Of a stretch of 64,000 nucleotides of DNA, positions 40,301 through 52,943 are shown piece by piece. The stretch is from the NCBI GenBank assembly GCA_009914755.4, contig CP086569.2, positions 27,680,001 through 27,744,000 of the forward strand, in the 5' to 3' direction. Under the pieces are notes generated by a model. The model searched no databases, was not told where the DNA came from, and saw only the letters and a list, made by a program, of their open reading frames with translations. This DNA comes from the human T2T-CHM13v2.0 reference genome, Homo sapiens. The position numbers and the translations under genes are program-made. The number at the start of each line of letters is the position of its first letter. Position 1 is the stretch's first letter.

Positions 40301-40459
40301 GAATTGAAAGGCGTGGAGTGGAGTGGAATTGAGAGGAGTGGAATGGAGTAGGGTGGATTGTGGTGGAGAATAATGGAAAAGAGTGGAGTGGAATGGAACG
40401 GAATGGAGTGGAGTGGAATGGAATGGAATTGAGTGAAGTGGAGTGTAGTGGAATGGAGA
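37339..40459 (+). repeat. HOR copy 13
   Basis: Landmark at 37339 (variant 'gtggagttgattgcag'); unit 3121 bp. First copy with the 'gagaataatgg' late-domain variant. Confidence 0.8.
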
Positions 40460-43400
40460 GTAATGGAGTGGAGTGGACTGGAGTGGAGTTGATTGCAGTG
40501 CATTGGACTGTAGGGGATAGAAGTGGCTTGGAGTCCATAGGAGTGGAGTGGAATGGAATGGAATGGAGTGGAATGGACTGGAACGGAATGGAATGGAATG
40601 GATTTAAATGGCAGGGAATCAAATCGATTTGAATCATATTGAATCAAGTCGAATCGAGTGGAGGAAAGAAATCGAATGAAATCGAATGGAATGAATTGAA
40701 TGGAGTCGAATGTCAACCATGGAATCGAAAGTAATGTGGTAAAGTGGAGTGGAGTGGAGTGTTATGGAGTGGAATGGAATGGGGTGACATGGAATTGAAT
40801 ACAGTGGAGAGGAGTGGAGTGGATTGGGCTAGAGTTGAACGGAAAGGGAAGGAATGGAACTAAATGGAGTGGAGTGGAATGGAGTGGAATGGAATGGAAT
40901 GGAATGGAATGGAATTGAATGGAACGGAATGGAGTGCAATGGAATCGAATCACATGGAACTGAATGAAACCGAATTGAATGAAATTGAATGGAGAAAATG
41001 GAATCAAATGGAATCAAATCGAACGGATTCGAATGTCATTGAATGGAATCGAAAGGAATGCAGTGAGGTGGGGTTGAGTGGAATGGAGTGGAATGGAATG
41101 GGATGAATGGAAGTGAATGGAGTGGAGTGGAATGGAATGGAATGGAAAGGACTGCAATTGAACAAAATGGAGTGTAGTAGAATGGAGTGGATTGGAGTGG
41201 AGTGTAGGGGAGTGCAGTGGAATGAAGAGGAGTGTAGTTGAATGGAATGGAATGTATGGAATGTACTGGAATAGAATGGATAAGAAAGGAATGGAATGAA
41301 ATCGCATGGAATTGAATAGAATCAAATCGAATTGAATAGAATCCAATGGAAAAAATGGAGTCAAATGGAATCGAATGGCATAGAATCGAACGGTTTTGAA
41401 TGGCAGTGAATGGAAACGAATGGAATGCGATGAAGTGGAGCAGAGTGGAGTGGAAAGGAGTGCAATGGAATAGGGTGGAACTGAATTTAATGGAACAGAG
41501 TGGATTGGAGTGGACTGGAGTGGAATGGAATGGGAAGGAATGGGATTGAAAGGAGTGGCGTTCAGTGGAGTGGAGTAGCATGGAGTGGAGTGGAGTGGAA
41601 TGGAGTGGAATGGAATGGAGTGGAATGGAGTGGGTTGGAATGGAATGGAGTGCAGAGGAATGGAATGGAATGGTATAGAGTGGACAGGAATGGAGTGGAG
41701 TGGATTGGAATGGAATGGAATGGAATGGAACTGAATGGACTGGAATGGAAAGGAATAGAATGGAATCACAGGGAATCAAATTGGATTGAATCGAATCGAA
41801 TGGAAAAAATGAAATCAAATGAAATTGAATGGAATCGAAATGAATGTAAACAATGGAATCCAATGGAATCCAATGGAATCGAATCAAATGGTTTGGAATG
41901 GCGTAAAATGAAATCGCAAGGAAGGCAGTGAATTGGAGTGGAGTGGAATAGAGAGGAATGAATTGGAATGGAGTGGAGTGGAATGGAGTGGATTCCAGTG
42001 GAGTGGAGTGGATTGGATTGGAATGGAATGGAATAGACTGGATTGGAGTGGTGTAGAGGGCAGTGGATTGGAGTGGAGAGGAATGGAGTGGATTGAAGTC
42101 GAGTTGAGTGGAATGGAATGGAGTGGAGCAGAGTGGAATGCAAAAGAATGAAGTGGATTGGTGTGGAATGGAATGGCGTGGAATGGAGTGGAATAGAATG
42201 GAATGGAATCGCATGGAAGGATATCAAATCAAATGGAATCGAACGAACATTATGAATCCAATGGAATCGAAAGGATTCCAAAGGAACGGATTCTTAAGGC
42301 ATTTAATGGAATGGAAAGGTATGCAGTGAAGTGGAGTGGAGTGGAGTGGATTGTTTTAGAGTGAAATGGGGTGGATTGGAACACTATGTGGTGGAGTGGA
42401 GTGTAGTGGATCGGAGTGGAGTGCCGTGGAGTGGACTAGAGTGGGGTGGAGTGGAGTGCATTGGAGTGGAATGGAGTGGAGTGGGGTGGAATGGAATGGA
42501 ATGGCATCAAATGGCATGGTAATGAATCAAATGGAATCAAATGGAATGAAATAATGGAATCGAAGGCAAACGAATGGAATCGAATTGCACTGATTCTACT
42601 GACTTCGAAGAAAATGAAATGAAATGCGGTGAAGTGGAGTGGAGTGGAATGTATTAGGGTGGAATGGAATTGAATGGTGTGGAGTGTAGTGGAGTGCCCA
42701 GGAGTGGAATGGGAAGAAATGGAATTGAACGGAGTGGAGTGGATTGGAATGGAGGGTAATGGAGTGGAATGGAGTGGAGTGGAGTAGAGTGGAATGGGTT
42801 GGAGTGGAATGCAGAGGACAGGAGTGGAGTGTGGTGGACTGGAGTGCAGTGGAGTTGAGTGGAGTGGATTGGATTGAAATAGAGCGGAGCAGAGTGGAAT
42901 GGAATTGAATCACATGGTATTGAATCAAATCGAATGGAATTAAATCGAATGAAAAAACGGAATCAAAAGCAAACGAATGGAGTCAAACCACATTGGTTAG
43001 ACTGACATCGAATAATATCAAAAGAAATGCGGTGAAGTGGAGGGGAGTGTACTGAAATGGGGTGGAATGAAATTGAATGGAGTGGAGTGGAGTGGAGTCT
43101 ACTGGAGTGGAATGGAATGGAATGGAAAGGAATGGAATGGAATGGAAAGGAATCGAATAGAATGGAGTGAAGTGCAGTGCAGTGAAATGGAGTGGAAAGG
43201 AATGGAATGGGAAGAATTGAATCAAATGGAATCGAAGGGAATCGAATCTAATGAAATTGAATGCAAAAAATTGAATGAGTAGAATCGAAAAAGATGGATT
43301 CAAATGGCAACAAATAAAATTGAATGGAATGCGGTGAGGTGGAGGGGATTGGAATGGAGTTGAATGGAATGTGGTGTAATTGAATTGAATGGAGTGGAGT

Positions 43401-43600
43401 GGAGTGAACTGGAGTGGAATGGAATGGAATGGGCAGGCATGGAATTGAAAGGCGTGGAGTGGAGTGGAATTGAGAGGAGTGGAATGGAATAGGGTGGATT
43501 GTGGTGGAGAATAATGGAAAAGAGTGGAGTGGAATGGAACGGAATGGAGTGGAGTGGAATGGAATGGAATTGAGTGAAGTGGAGTGTAGTGGAATGGAGA
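40460..43600 (+). repeat. HOR copy 14
   Basis: Landmark at 40460, carrying the same 'gagttgattgcag' variant as copy 13; unit 3141 bp. Near-identical to copy 13. Confidence 0.8.
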
Positions 43601-46600
43601 GTAATGGAGTGGAGTGGACTGGAGTGGAGTAGATTGCAGTGCATTGGACTGTAGGGGATAGAAGTGGCTTGGAGTCCATAGGAGTGGAGTGGAATGGAAT
43701 GGAATGGAGTGGAATGGACTGGAACGGAATGGAATGGAATGGATTTAAATGGCAGGGAATCAAATCGAATTGAATCATATTGAATCAAGTCGAATCGAGT
43801 GGAGGAAAGAAATCGAATGAAATCGAATGGAATGAATTGAATGGAGTCGAATGTCAACCATGGAATCGAAAGTAATGTGGTAAAGTGGAGTGGAGTGGAG
43901 TGTTATGGAGTGGAATGGAATGGGGTGATATGGAATTGAATACAGTGGAGAGGATTGGAGTGGATTGGGCTAGAGTTGAACGGAAAGGGAATGAATGGAA
44001 CTAAATGGAGTGGAGTGGAATGGAGTGGAATGGAATGGAATGGAATGGAATGGAATGGAACGGAATGGAGTGGAATGGAATCGAATCACATGGAACTGAA
44101 TGAAACCGAATTGAATGAAATTCAATGGAGAAAATGGAATCAAATGGAATCAAATCGATCGGATTTGAATGTCATTGAATGGAATCGAAAGGAATGCAGT
44201 GAGGTGGGGTTGAGTGGAATGGAGTGGAATGGAATGGGATGAATGGAATTGAATGGAGTGGAGTGGAATGGAATGGAATGGAAAGGACTGGAATTGAACA
44301 AAATGGAGTGTAGTAGAATGGAGTGGATTGGAGTGGAGTGCAGGGGAGTGCAGTGGAATGAAGGGGAGTGTAGTTGAATGGAATGGAATGTATGGAATGT
44401 ACTGGAATAGAATGGATAAGAAAGGAATGGAATGGAATCGCATGGAATTGAATAGAATCAAATCGAATTGAATAGAATCAAATGGAAAAAATGGAGTCAA
44501 ATGGAATCGAATGGCATAGAATCGAACGGTTTTGAATGGCAGTTAATTGGAACGAATGGAATGCGATGAAGTGGAGCAGAGTGGAGTGGAAAGGAGTGCA
44601 ATGGAATAGGGTGGAACTGAGTTTAATGGAACAGAGTGGATTGGAGTGGACTGGAGTGGAATGGAATGGGAAGGAATGGGATTGAAAGGAGTGGCGTGCA
44701 GTGGAGTGGAGTGGCATGGAGTGGAGTGGAGTGGAATGGAGTGGAATGGAATGGAGTGGAATGGAGTGGATTGGAATGGAATGGAGTGTAGAGGAATGGA
44801 ATGGAATGGTATAGAGTGGACAGGAATGGAGTGGAGTGGATTGGAATGGAATGGAATGGAATGGAATGGAACTGAATGGACTGGAATGGAATGGAATAGA
44901 ATGGAATCACAGGGAATCAAATTGGATTGAATCGAATCGAATGGAAAAAATGAAATCAAATGAAATTGAATGGAATCGAAATGAATGTAAACAATGGAAT
45001 CCAATGGAATCCAATGGAATCGAATCAAATGGTTTTGAATGGCGTAAAATGAAATCGCAAGGAAGGCAGTGAATTGGAGTGGAGTGGAATAGAGAGGAAT
45101 GAATTGGAATGGAGTGGAGTGGAATGGAGTGGATTCCAGTGGAGTGGAGTGGATTGGATCGGAATGGAATGGAATAGACTGGATTGGAGTGGTGTAGAGT
45201 GCAGTGGATTGGAGTGGAGAGGAATGGAGTGGAGAGAAGTCGAGTTGAGTGGAATGGAATGGAGTGGAGCAGAGTGGAATGCAAAAGAATGAAGTGGATT
45301 GGTGTGGAATGGAATGGCGTGGAATGGAGTGGAATAGAATGGAATGGAATCGCATGGAAGGATATCAAATCAAATGGAATCGAACGAAAATTATGAATCC
45401 AATGGAATCGAAAGGATTCCAAAGAAGAGATTCGAAAGGCATTTAATGGAATGGAAAGGTATGCAGTGAAGTGGAGTGGAGTGGAGTGGATTGTTTTAGA
45501 GTGAAATGGGGTGGATTGGAACACTATGTGGTGGAGTGGAGTGTAGTGGATCGGAGTGGAGTGCCGTGGAGTGGACTAGAGTAGGGTGGAGTGGAGTGCA
45601 TTGGAGTGGAATGGAGTGGAGTGGGGTGGAATGGAAAGGAATGGTATCAAATCGCATGGTAATGAATCAAATGGAATCAAATGGAATGAAATAATGGAAT
45701 CGAAGGCAAACGAATGGAATCGAATTGCACTGATTCTACTGACTTCGAAGAAAATGAAATGAAATGCGGTGAAGTGGAGTGGAGTGGAATGTATTAGGGT
45801 GGAATGGAATTGAATGGTGTGGAGTGGAGTGGAGTGCCCAGGAGTGGAATGGGAAGAAATGGAATTGAACGGAGTGGAGTGGAGTGGAATGGAGGGTAAT
45901 GGAGTGGAATGGAGTGGAGTGGAGTAGAGTGGAATGGGTTGGAGTGGAATGCAGAGGACAGGAGTGGAGTGTGGTGGACTGGAGTTGAGTGGAGTTGAGT
46001 GGAGTGCATTGGATTGAAATAGAGCGGAGCAGAGTGGAATGGAATTGAATCACATGGTACTGAATCAAATCGAATGGAATTAAATCGAATGAAAAAACGG
46101 AATCAAAAGCAAACGAATGGAGTCAAACCACATTGGTTAGACTGACATCGAATAATATCAAAAGAAATGCGGTGAAGTGGAGGGGAGTGTACTGAAATGG
46201 GGTGGAATGAAATTGAATGGAGTGGAGTGGAGTGGAGTCTACTGGAGTGGAATGGAATGGAATGGAAAGGAATGGAATAGAATGGAGTGAAGTGCAGTGC
46301 AGTGAAATGGAGTGGAAAGGAATGGAATGGAAAGAATTGAATCAAATGGAATCGAAGTGAATCGAATCTAATGAAATTGAACGCAAAAAATGGAATGAGT
46401 AGAATCGAAAAAGATGGATTCAAATGGCAACAAATAAAATTGAATGGAATGCGGTGAGGTGGAGGGGATTGGAATGGAGTTGAATGGAATGTGGTGTAAT
46501 TGAATTGAATGGAGTGGAGTGGAGTGAACTGGAGTGGAATGGAATGGAATGGGCAGGCATGGAATTGAAAGGCGTGGAGTGGAGTTGAATTGAGAGGAGT

Positions 46601-46720
46601 GGAATGGAATAGGGTGGATTTTGGTGGAGAATAATGGAAAAGAGTGGAGTGGAATGGAACGGAATGGAGTGGAGTGGAATGGAATGGAATTGAGTGAAGT
46701 GGAGTGTAGTGGAATGGAGA
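43601..46720 (+). repeat. HOR copy 15
   Basis: Landmark at 43601; unit 3120 bp. Confidence 0.8.
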
Positions 46721-49700
46721 GTAATGGAGTGGAGTGGACTGGAGTGGAGTAGATTGCAATGCATTGGACTGTAGGGGATAGAAGTGGCTTGGACTCCATA
46801 GGAGTGGAGTGGAATGGAATGGAATGGAGTGGAATGGACTGGAACGGAATGGAATGGAATGGATTCAAATGGCAGGGAATCAAATCGAATTGAATCATAT
46901 TGAATCAAGTCGAATCGAGTGGAGGAAAGAAATCGAATGAAATCGAATGGAATGAATTGAATGGAGTCGAATGTCAACCATGGAATCAAAAGTAATGTGG
47001 TAAAGTGGAGTGGAGTGTTATGGAGTGGAATGGAATGGGGTGACATGGAATTGAATACAGTGGAGAGGAGTGGAGTGGATTGGGCTAGAGTTGAACGGAA
47101 AGGGAAGGAATGGAACTAAATGGAGTGGAGTGGAATGGAATGGAATGGAATGGAATGGAATGGAACGGAATGGCGTGGAATGGAATCGAATCACATGGAA
47201 CTGAATGAAAACGAATTGAATGAATTTGAATGGAGAAAATGGAATCAAATGGAATCAAATCGAACGGCTTCGAATGTCATTGAATGGAATCGAAAGGAAT
47301 GCAGTGAGGTGGGGTTGAGTGGAATGGACTGGAATGGAATGGGATGAATGGAATTGAATGGAGTGGAGTGGAATGGAATGGAATGGAAAGGACTGGAATT
47401 GAACAAAATGGAGTGTAGTAGAATGGAGTGGATTGGAGTGGAGTGCAGAGGATTGCAGTGGAATGAAGAGGAGTGTAGTTGAATGGAATGGAATGTATGG
47501 AATGTACTGGAATAGAATGGATAAGAAAGGAATGGAATGGAATCGCATGGAATTGAATAGAATCAAATCGAATTGAATAGAATCAAATGGAAAAAATGGA
47601 GTCAAATGGAATCGAATGGCATAGAATCGAACGGTTTTGAATGGCAGTGAATGGAAACGAATGGAATGCGATGAAGTGGAGCAGAGTGGAGTGGAAAGGA
47701 GTGCAATGGAATAGGGTGGAACTGAATTTAATGGAACAGAGTGGATTGGAGTGGACTGGAGTGGAATGGAGTGGGAAGGAATGGGATTGAAAGGAGTGGC
47801 GTGCAGTGGAGTTGAGTGGCATGGAGTGGAGTGGAGTGGAATGGAGTGGAATGGAATGGAGTGGAATGGAGTGGATTGGAATGGAATGGAGTGCAGGGGA
47901 ATGGAATGGAATGGTATAGAGTGGACAGGAATGCAGTGGAGAGGATTGGAATGGAATGGAATGGAATGGAATGGAACTGAATGGACTGGAATGGAATGGA
48001 ATAGAATGGAATCACAGGGAATCAAATTGGATTGAATCGAATCGAATGGAAAAAATGAAATCAAATGAAATTGAATGGAATCGAAATGAATGTAAACAAT
48101 GGAATCCAATGGAATCAAATGGAATCGAATCATATGGTTTTGAATGGCGTAAAATGAAATCGCAAGGAAGACAGTGAATTGGAGTCGAGTTGAATAGAGA
48201 GGAATGAATTGGAATGGAGTGGAGTGGAATGGAGTGGATTCCAGTGGAGTGGAGTGGATTGGATTGGAATGGAATGGAATAGACTGGATTGGAGTGGTGT
48301 AGAGTGCAGTGGATTGGAATGGAGAGGAATGGAGTGGAGTGAAGTCGAGTTGAGTGGAATGGAATGGAGTGGAGTAGAGTGGAATGCAAAAGAATGAAGT
48401 GGATTGGTGTGGAATGGAATGGCGTGGAATGGAGTGGAATAGAATGGAATGGAATCGCATGGAAGGATATCAAATCCAATGGAATCGAACGAAAATTATG
48501 AATCCAATGGAATCGAAAGGATTCCAAAGGAACGGATTCGAAAGGCATTTAATGGAATGGAAAGGTATGCAGTGAAGGTTAGTGGAGTGGAGTGGATTGT
48601 TTTAGAGTGAAATGGGGTGGATTGGAACACTATGTGGTGGAGTGGAGTGTAGTGGATCGGAGTGGAGTGCCGTGGAGTGGACTAGAGTGGGGTGGAGTGG
48701 AGTGCATTGGAGTGGAATGGAGTGGAGTGGGGTGGAATGGAATGGAATGGCATCAAATGGCATGGTAATGAATCAAATGGAATCAAATGGAATGAAATAA
48801 TGGAATCGAAGGCAAACGAATGGAATCGAATTGCACTGATTCTACTGACTTCGAAGAAAATGAAATGAAATGCGGTGAAGTGGAGTGGAGTGGAATGTAT
48901 TAGGGTGGAATGGAATTGAATGGTGTGGAGTGGAGTGGAGTGCCCAGGAGTGGAATGGGAAGAAATGGAATTGAACGTAGTGGAGTGGAGTGGAATGGAG
49001 GGTAATGGAGTGGAATGGAGTGGAGTGGAGTAGAGTGGAATGGGTTGGAGTGGAATGCAGAGGACAGGAGTGGAGTGTGGTGGACTGGAGTGGAGTGGAG
49101 TTGAGTGGAGTGCATTGGATTGAAATAGAGCGGAGCAGAGTGGAATGGAATTGAATCACATGGTACTGAATCAAATCGAATGGAATTAAATCGAATGAAA
49201 AAACGGAATCAAAAGCAAACGAATGGAGTCAAACCACATTGGTTAGACTGACATCGAATAATATCAAAAGAAATGCGGTGAAGTGGAGGGGAGTGTACTG
49301 AAATGGGGTGGAATGAAATTGAATGGAGTGGAGTGGAGTGGAGTCTACTGGAGTGGAATGGAATGGAATGGAAAGGAATGGGATAGAATGGAGTGAAGTG
49401 CAGTGCAGTGAAATGGAGTAGAAAGGAATGGAATGGGAAGAATTGAATCAAATGGAATCGAAGTGAATCGAATCTAATGAAATTGAACGCAAAAAATGGA
49501 ATGAGTAGAATCGAAAAAGATGGATTCAAATGGCAACAAATAAAATTGAGTGGAATGCGGTGAGGTGGAGGGGATTGGAATGGATTTGAATGGAATGTGG
49601 TGTAATTGAATTGAATGGAGTGGAGTGGAGTGGACTGGAGTGGAATGGAATGGAATGGGCAGGCATGGAATTGAAAGGCGTGGAGTGGAGTGGAATTGAG

Positions 49701-49826
49701 AGGAGTGGAATGGAGTAGGGTGGATTGTGGTGGAGAATAATGGAAAAGAGTGGAGTGGAATGGAACGGAATGGAGTGGAGTGGAATAGAATGGAATTGAG
49801 TGAAGTGGAGTGTAGTGGAATGGAGA
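46721..49826 (+). repeat. HOR copy 16
   Basis: Landmark at 46721 (variant 'attgcaatgcattgg'); unit 3106 bp. Confidence 0.8.
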
Positions 49827-52800
49827 GTAATGGAGTGGAGTGGACTGGAGTGGAGTAGATTGCAGTGCATTGGACTGTAGGGGATAGAAGTGGCTTGGAC
49901 TCCATAGGAGTGGAGTGGAATGGAATGGAATGGAGTGGAATGGACTGGAACGGAATGGAATGGAATGGATTCAAATGGCAGGGAATCAAATCGAATTGAA
50001 TCATATTGAATCAAGTCGAATCGAGTGGAGGAAAGAAATCGAATGAAATCGAATGGAATGAATTGAATGGAGTCGAATGTCAACCATGGAATCAAAAGTA
50101 ATGTGGTAAAGTGGAGTGGAGTGTTATGGAGTGGAATGGAATGGGGTGACATGGAATTGAATACAGTGGAGAGGAGTGGAGTGGATTGGGCTAGAGTTGA
50201 ACGGAAAGGGAAGGAATGGAACTAAATGGAGTGGAGTGGAATGGAGTGGAATGGAATGGAATGGAATGGAATGGAATGGAATGGAATGGAACGGAATGGC
50301 GTGCAATGGAATCGAATTACATGGAACTGAATGAAACCGAATTGAATGAAATTGAATGGAGAAAATGGAATCAAATGGAATCCAATCGAACGGATTCGAA
50401 TGTCATTGAATGGAATCGAAAGGAATGCAGTGAGGTGGGGTTGAGTGGAATGGAGTGGAATGGAATGGGATGAATGGAATTGAATGGAGTGGAGTGGAAT
50501 GGAATGGAATGGAAAGGACTGGAATTGAACAAAATGGAGTGTAGTAGAATGGAGTGGATTGGAGTGGAGTGCAGGGGAGTGCAGTGGAATGAAGAGGAGT
50601 GTAGTTGAATGGAATGGAATGTATGGAATGTACTGGAATAGAATGGATAAGAAAGGAATGGAATGGAATCGCATGGAATTGAATAGAATCAAATCGAATT
50701 GAATAGAGTCAAATGGAAAAAATGGAGTCAAATGGAATCGAATGGCATAGAATCGAACGGTTTTGAATGGCAGTGAATGGAAACGAATGGAATGCGATGA
50801 AGTGGAGCAGAGTGGAGTGGAAAGGAGTGCAATGGAATAGGGTGGAACTGAATTTAATGGAACAGAGTGGATTGGAGTGGACTGGAGTGGAATGGAATGG
50901 GAAGGAATGGGATTGAAAGGAGTGGCGTGCAGTGGACGGGAGTGGCATGGAGTGGAGTGGAGTGGAATGGAGTGGAATGGAATGGAGTGGAATGGAGTTG
51001 ATTGGAATGGAATGGAGTGCAGAGGAATGGAATGGAATGGTATAGAGTGGACAGGAATGGAGTGGAGCGGATTGGAATGGAATGGAATGGAATGGAATGG
51101 AACTGAGTGGACTGGAGTGGAATGCAATAGAATAGAATCACAGGGAATCAAATTGGATTGAATCGAATCGAAAGGAAAAAAATGAAATCAAATGAAATTG
51201 AATGGAATCGAAATGAATGTAAACAATGGAATCCAATGGAATCAAATGGAATCGAATCAAATGATTTTGAATGGCGTAAAATGAAATCGCGAAGAAGGCA
51301 GTGAATTGGAGTGGAGTGGTATAGAGAGGAATGAATTGGAATGGAGTGGATTGGAATAGAGTGGATTCCAGTGGAGTGGAGTGGATTGGATTTTAATGGA
51401 ATGGAATAGACTGGATTGGAGTGGTGTAGATTGCAGTGGATTGGAGTGGAGAGGAATGGAGTGGAGTGAAGTCGAGTTGAGTGGAATGGAATGGAGTGGA
51501 GCAGAGTGGAATGCAAAAGAATGAAGTGGATTGGTGTGGAATGGAATGGCGTGGAATGGAGTGGAATAGAATGGAATGGAATCGCATGGAAGGATATCAA
51601 ATCCAATGGAATCGAACGAAAATTATGAATCCAATGGAATCGAAAGGATTCCAAAGGAACGGATTCGAAAGGCATTTAATGGAATGGAAAGGTATGCAGT
51701 GAAGTGGAGTGGAGTGGAGTGGATTGTTTTAGAGTGAAATGGGGTGGATTGGAACACTATGTGGTGGAGTGGAGTGTAGTGGATCGGAGTGGAGTGCCGT
51801 GGAGTGGACTAGAGTGGGGTGGAGTGGAGTACATTGGAGTGGAATGGAGTGGAGTGGGGTGGAATGGAATGGAATGGCATCAAATCGCATGGTAATGAGT
51901 CAAATGGAATGAAATAATGGAATCGAAGGCAAACGAATGGAATCGAATTGCACTGATTCTACTGACTTCGAGGAAAATGAAATGAAACGCGGTGAAGTGG
52001 AGTGGAGTGGAATGTATTAGGGTGGAATGGAATTGAATGGTGTGGAGTGGAGTGGAGTGCCCAGGAGTGGAATGGGAAGAAATGGAATTGAACGGAGTGG
52101 AGTGGAGTGGAATGGAGGGTAATGGCGTGGAATGGAGTGGAGTGGAGTAGAGTGGAATGGGTTGGAATGGAATGCAGAGGACAGGAGTGCAGTGTGGTGG
52201 ACTGGAGTGGAGTGGAGTTGAGTGGAGTGGATTGGATTGAAATAGAGCGGAGCAGAGTGGAATGGAATTGAATCACATGGTATTGAATCAAATCGAATGG
52301 AATTAAATCGAATGAAAAAACGGAATCAAAAGCAAACGAACGGAGTCAAACCACATTGGTTAGACTGACATCGAATAATATCAAAAGAAATGCGGTGAAG
52401 TGGAGTGGAGTGTACTGAAATGGGGTGGAATGAAATTGAATGGAGTGGAGTGGAGTGGAGTCTACTGGAGTGGAATGGAATGGAATGGAAAGGAATGGAA
52501 TAGAATGGAGTGAAGTGCAGTGCAGTGAAATGGAGTGGAAAGGAATGGAATGGAAAGAATTGAATCAAATGGAACCGAAGTGAATCGAATCTAATGAAAT
52601 TGAACGCAAAATGTGGAATGAGTAGAATGGAAAAAGATGGATTCAAATGGCAACAAATAAAATTGAATGGAATGCGGTGAGGTGGAGGGGATTGGAATGG
52701 ATTTGAATGGAATGTGGTGTAATTGAATTGAATGGAGTGGAGTGGAGTGAACTGGAGTGGAATGGAATGGAATGGGCAGACATGGAATTGAAAGGCGTGG

Positions 52801-52943
52801 AGTGGAGTGGAATTGAGAGGAGTGGAATGGAGTAGGGTGGATTGTGGTGGAGAATAATGGAAAAGAGTGGAGTGGAATGGAACGGATTGGAGTGGAGTGG
52901 AATGGATTGGAATTGAGTGAAGTGGAGTGTAGTGTAATGGAGA
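49827..52943 (+). repeat. HOR copy 17
   Basis: Landmark at 49827; unit 3117 bp. Confidence 0.8.

Noticed and set aside
47255-48460. Long ORFs on both strands (up to 401 aa on the - strand at 47255-48460, 392 aa at 41036-42214, and many of 60-300 aa) that overlap one another in multiple frames
   Set aside because: The translations are low-complexity pentapeptide periodicities (IPFHS/TPLHS on -, MEWNG/VEWSG on +). This is exactly what a 5-bp repeat with no in-frame stops produces over 15-bp (3 unit) cycles. ORFs overlap in 2-3 frames at once and track the repeat phase, not any start or stop context, and identical 'proteins' recur once per HOR. This is satellite DNA and not coding sequence; no CDS is reported.
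50222-51151. Apparent fusions or extensions of ORFs in some copies (e.g. 309 aa at 50222-51151, 251 aa at 34773-35528) as evidence of structural rearrangement
   Set aside because: HOR lengths at these copies are normal (3100-3117 bp). The ORF 'fusions' are simply the loss of a stop codon by point substitution in a non-coding repeat frame, not indels or rearrangements.
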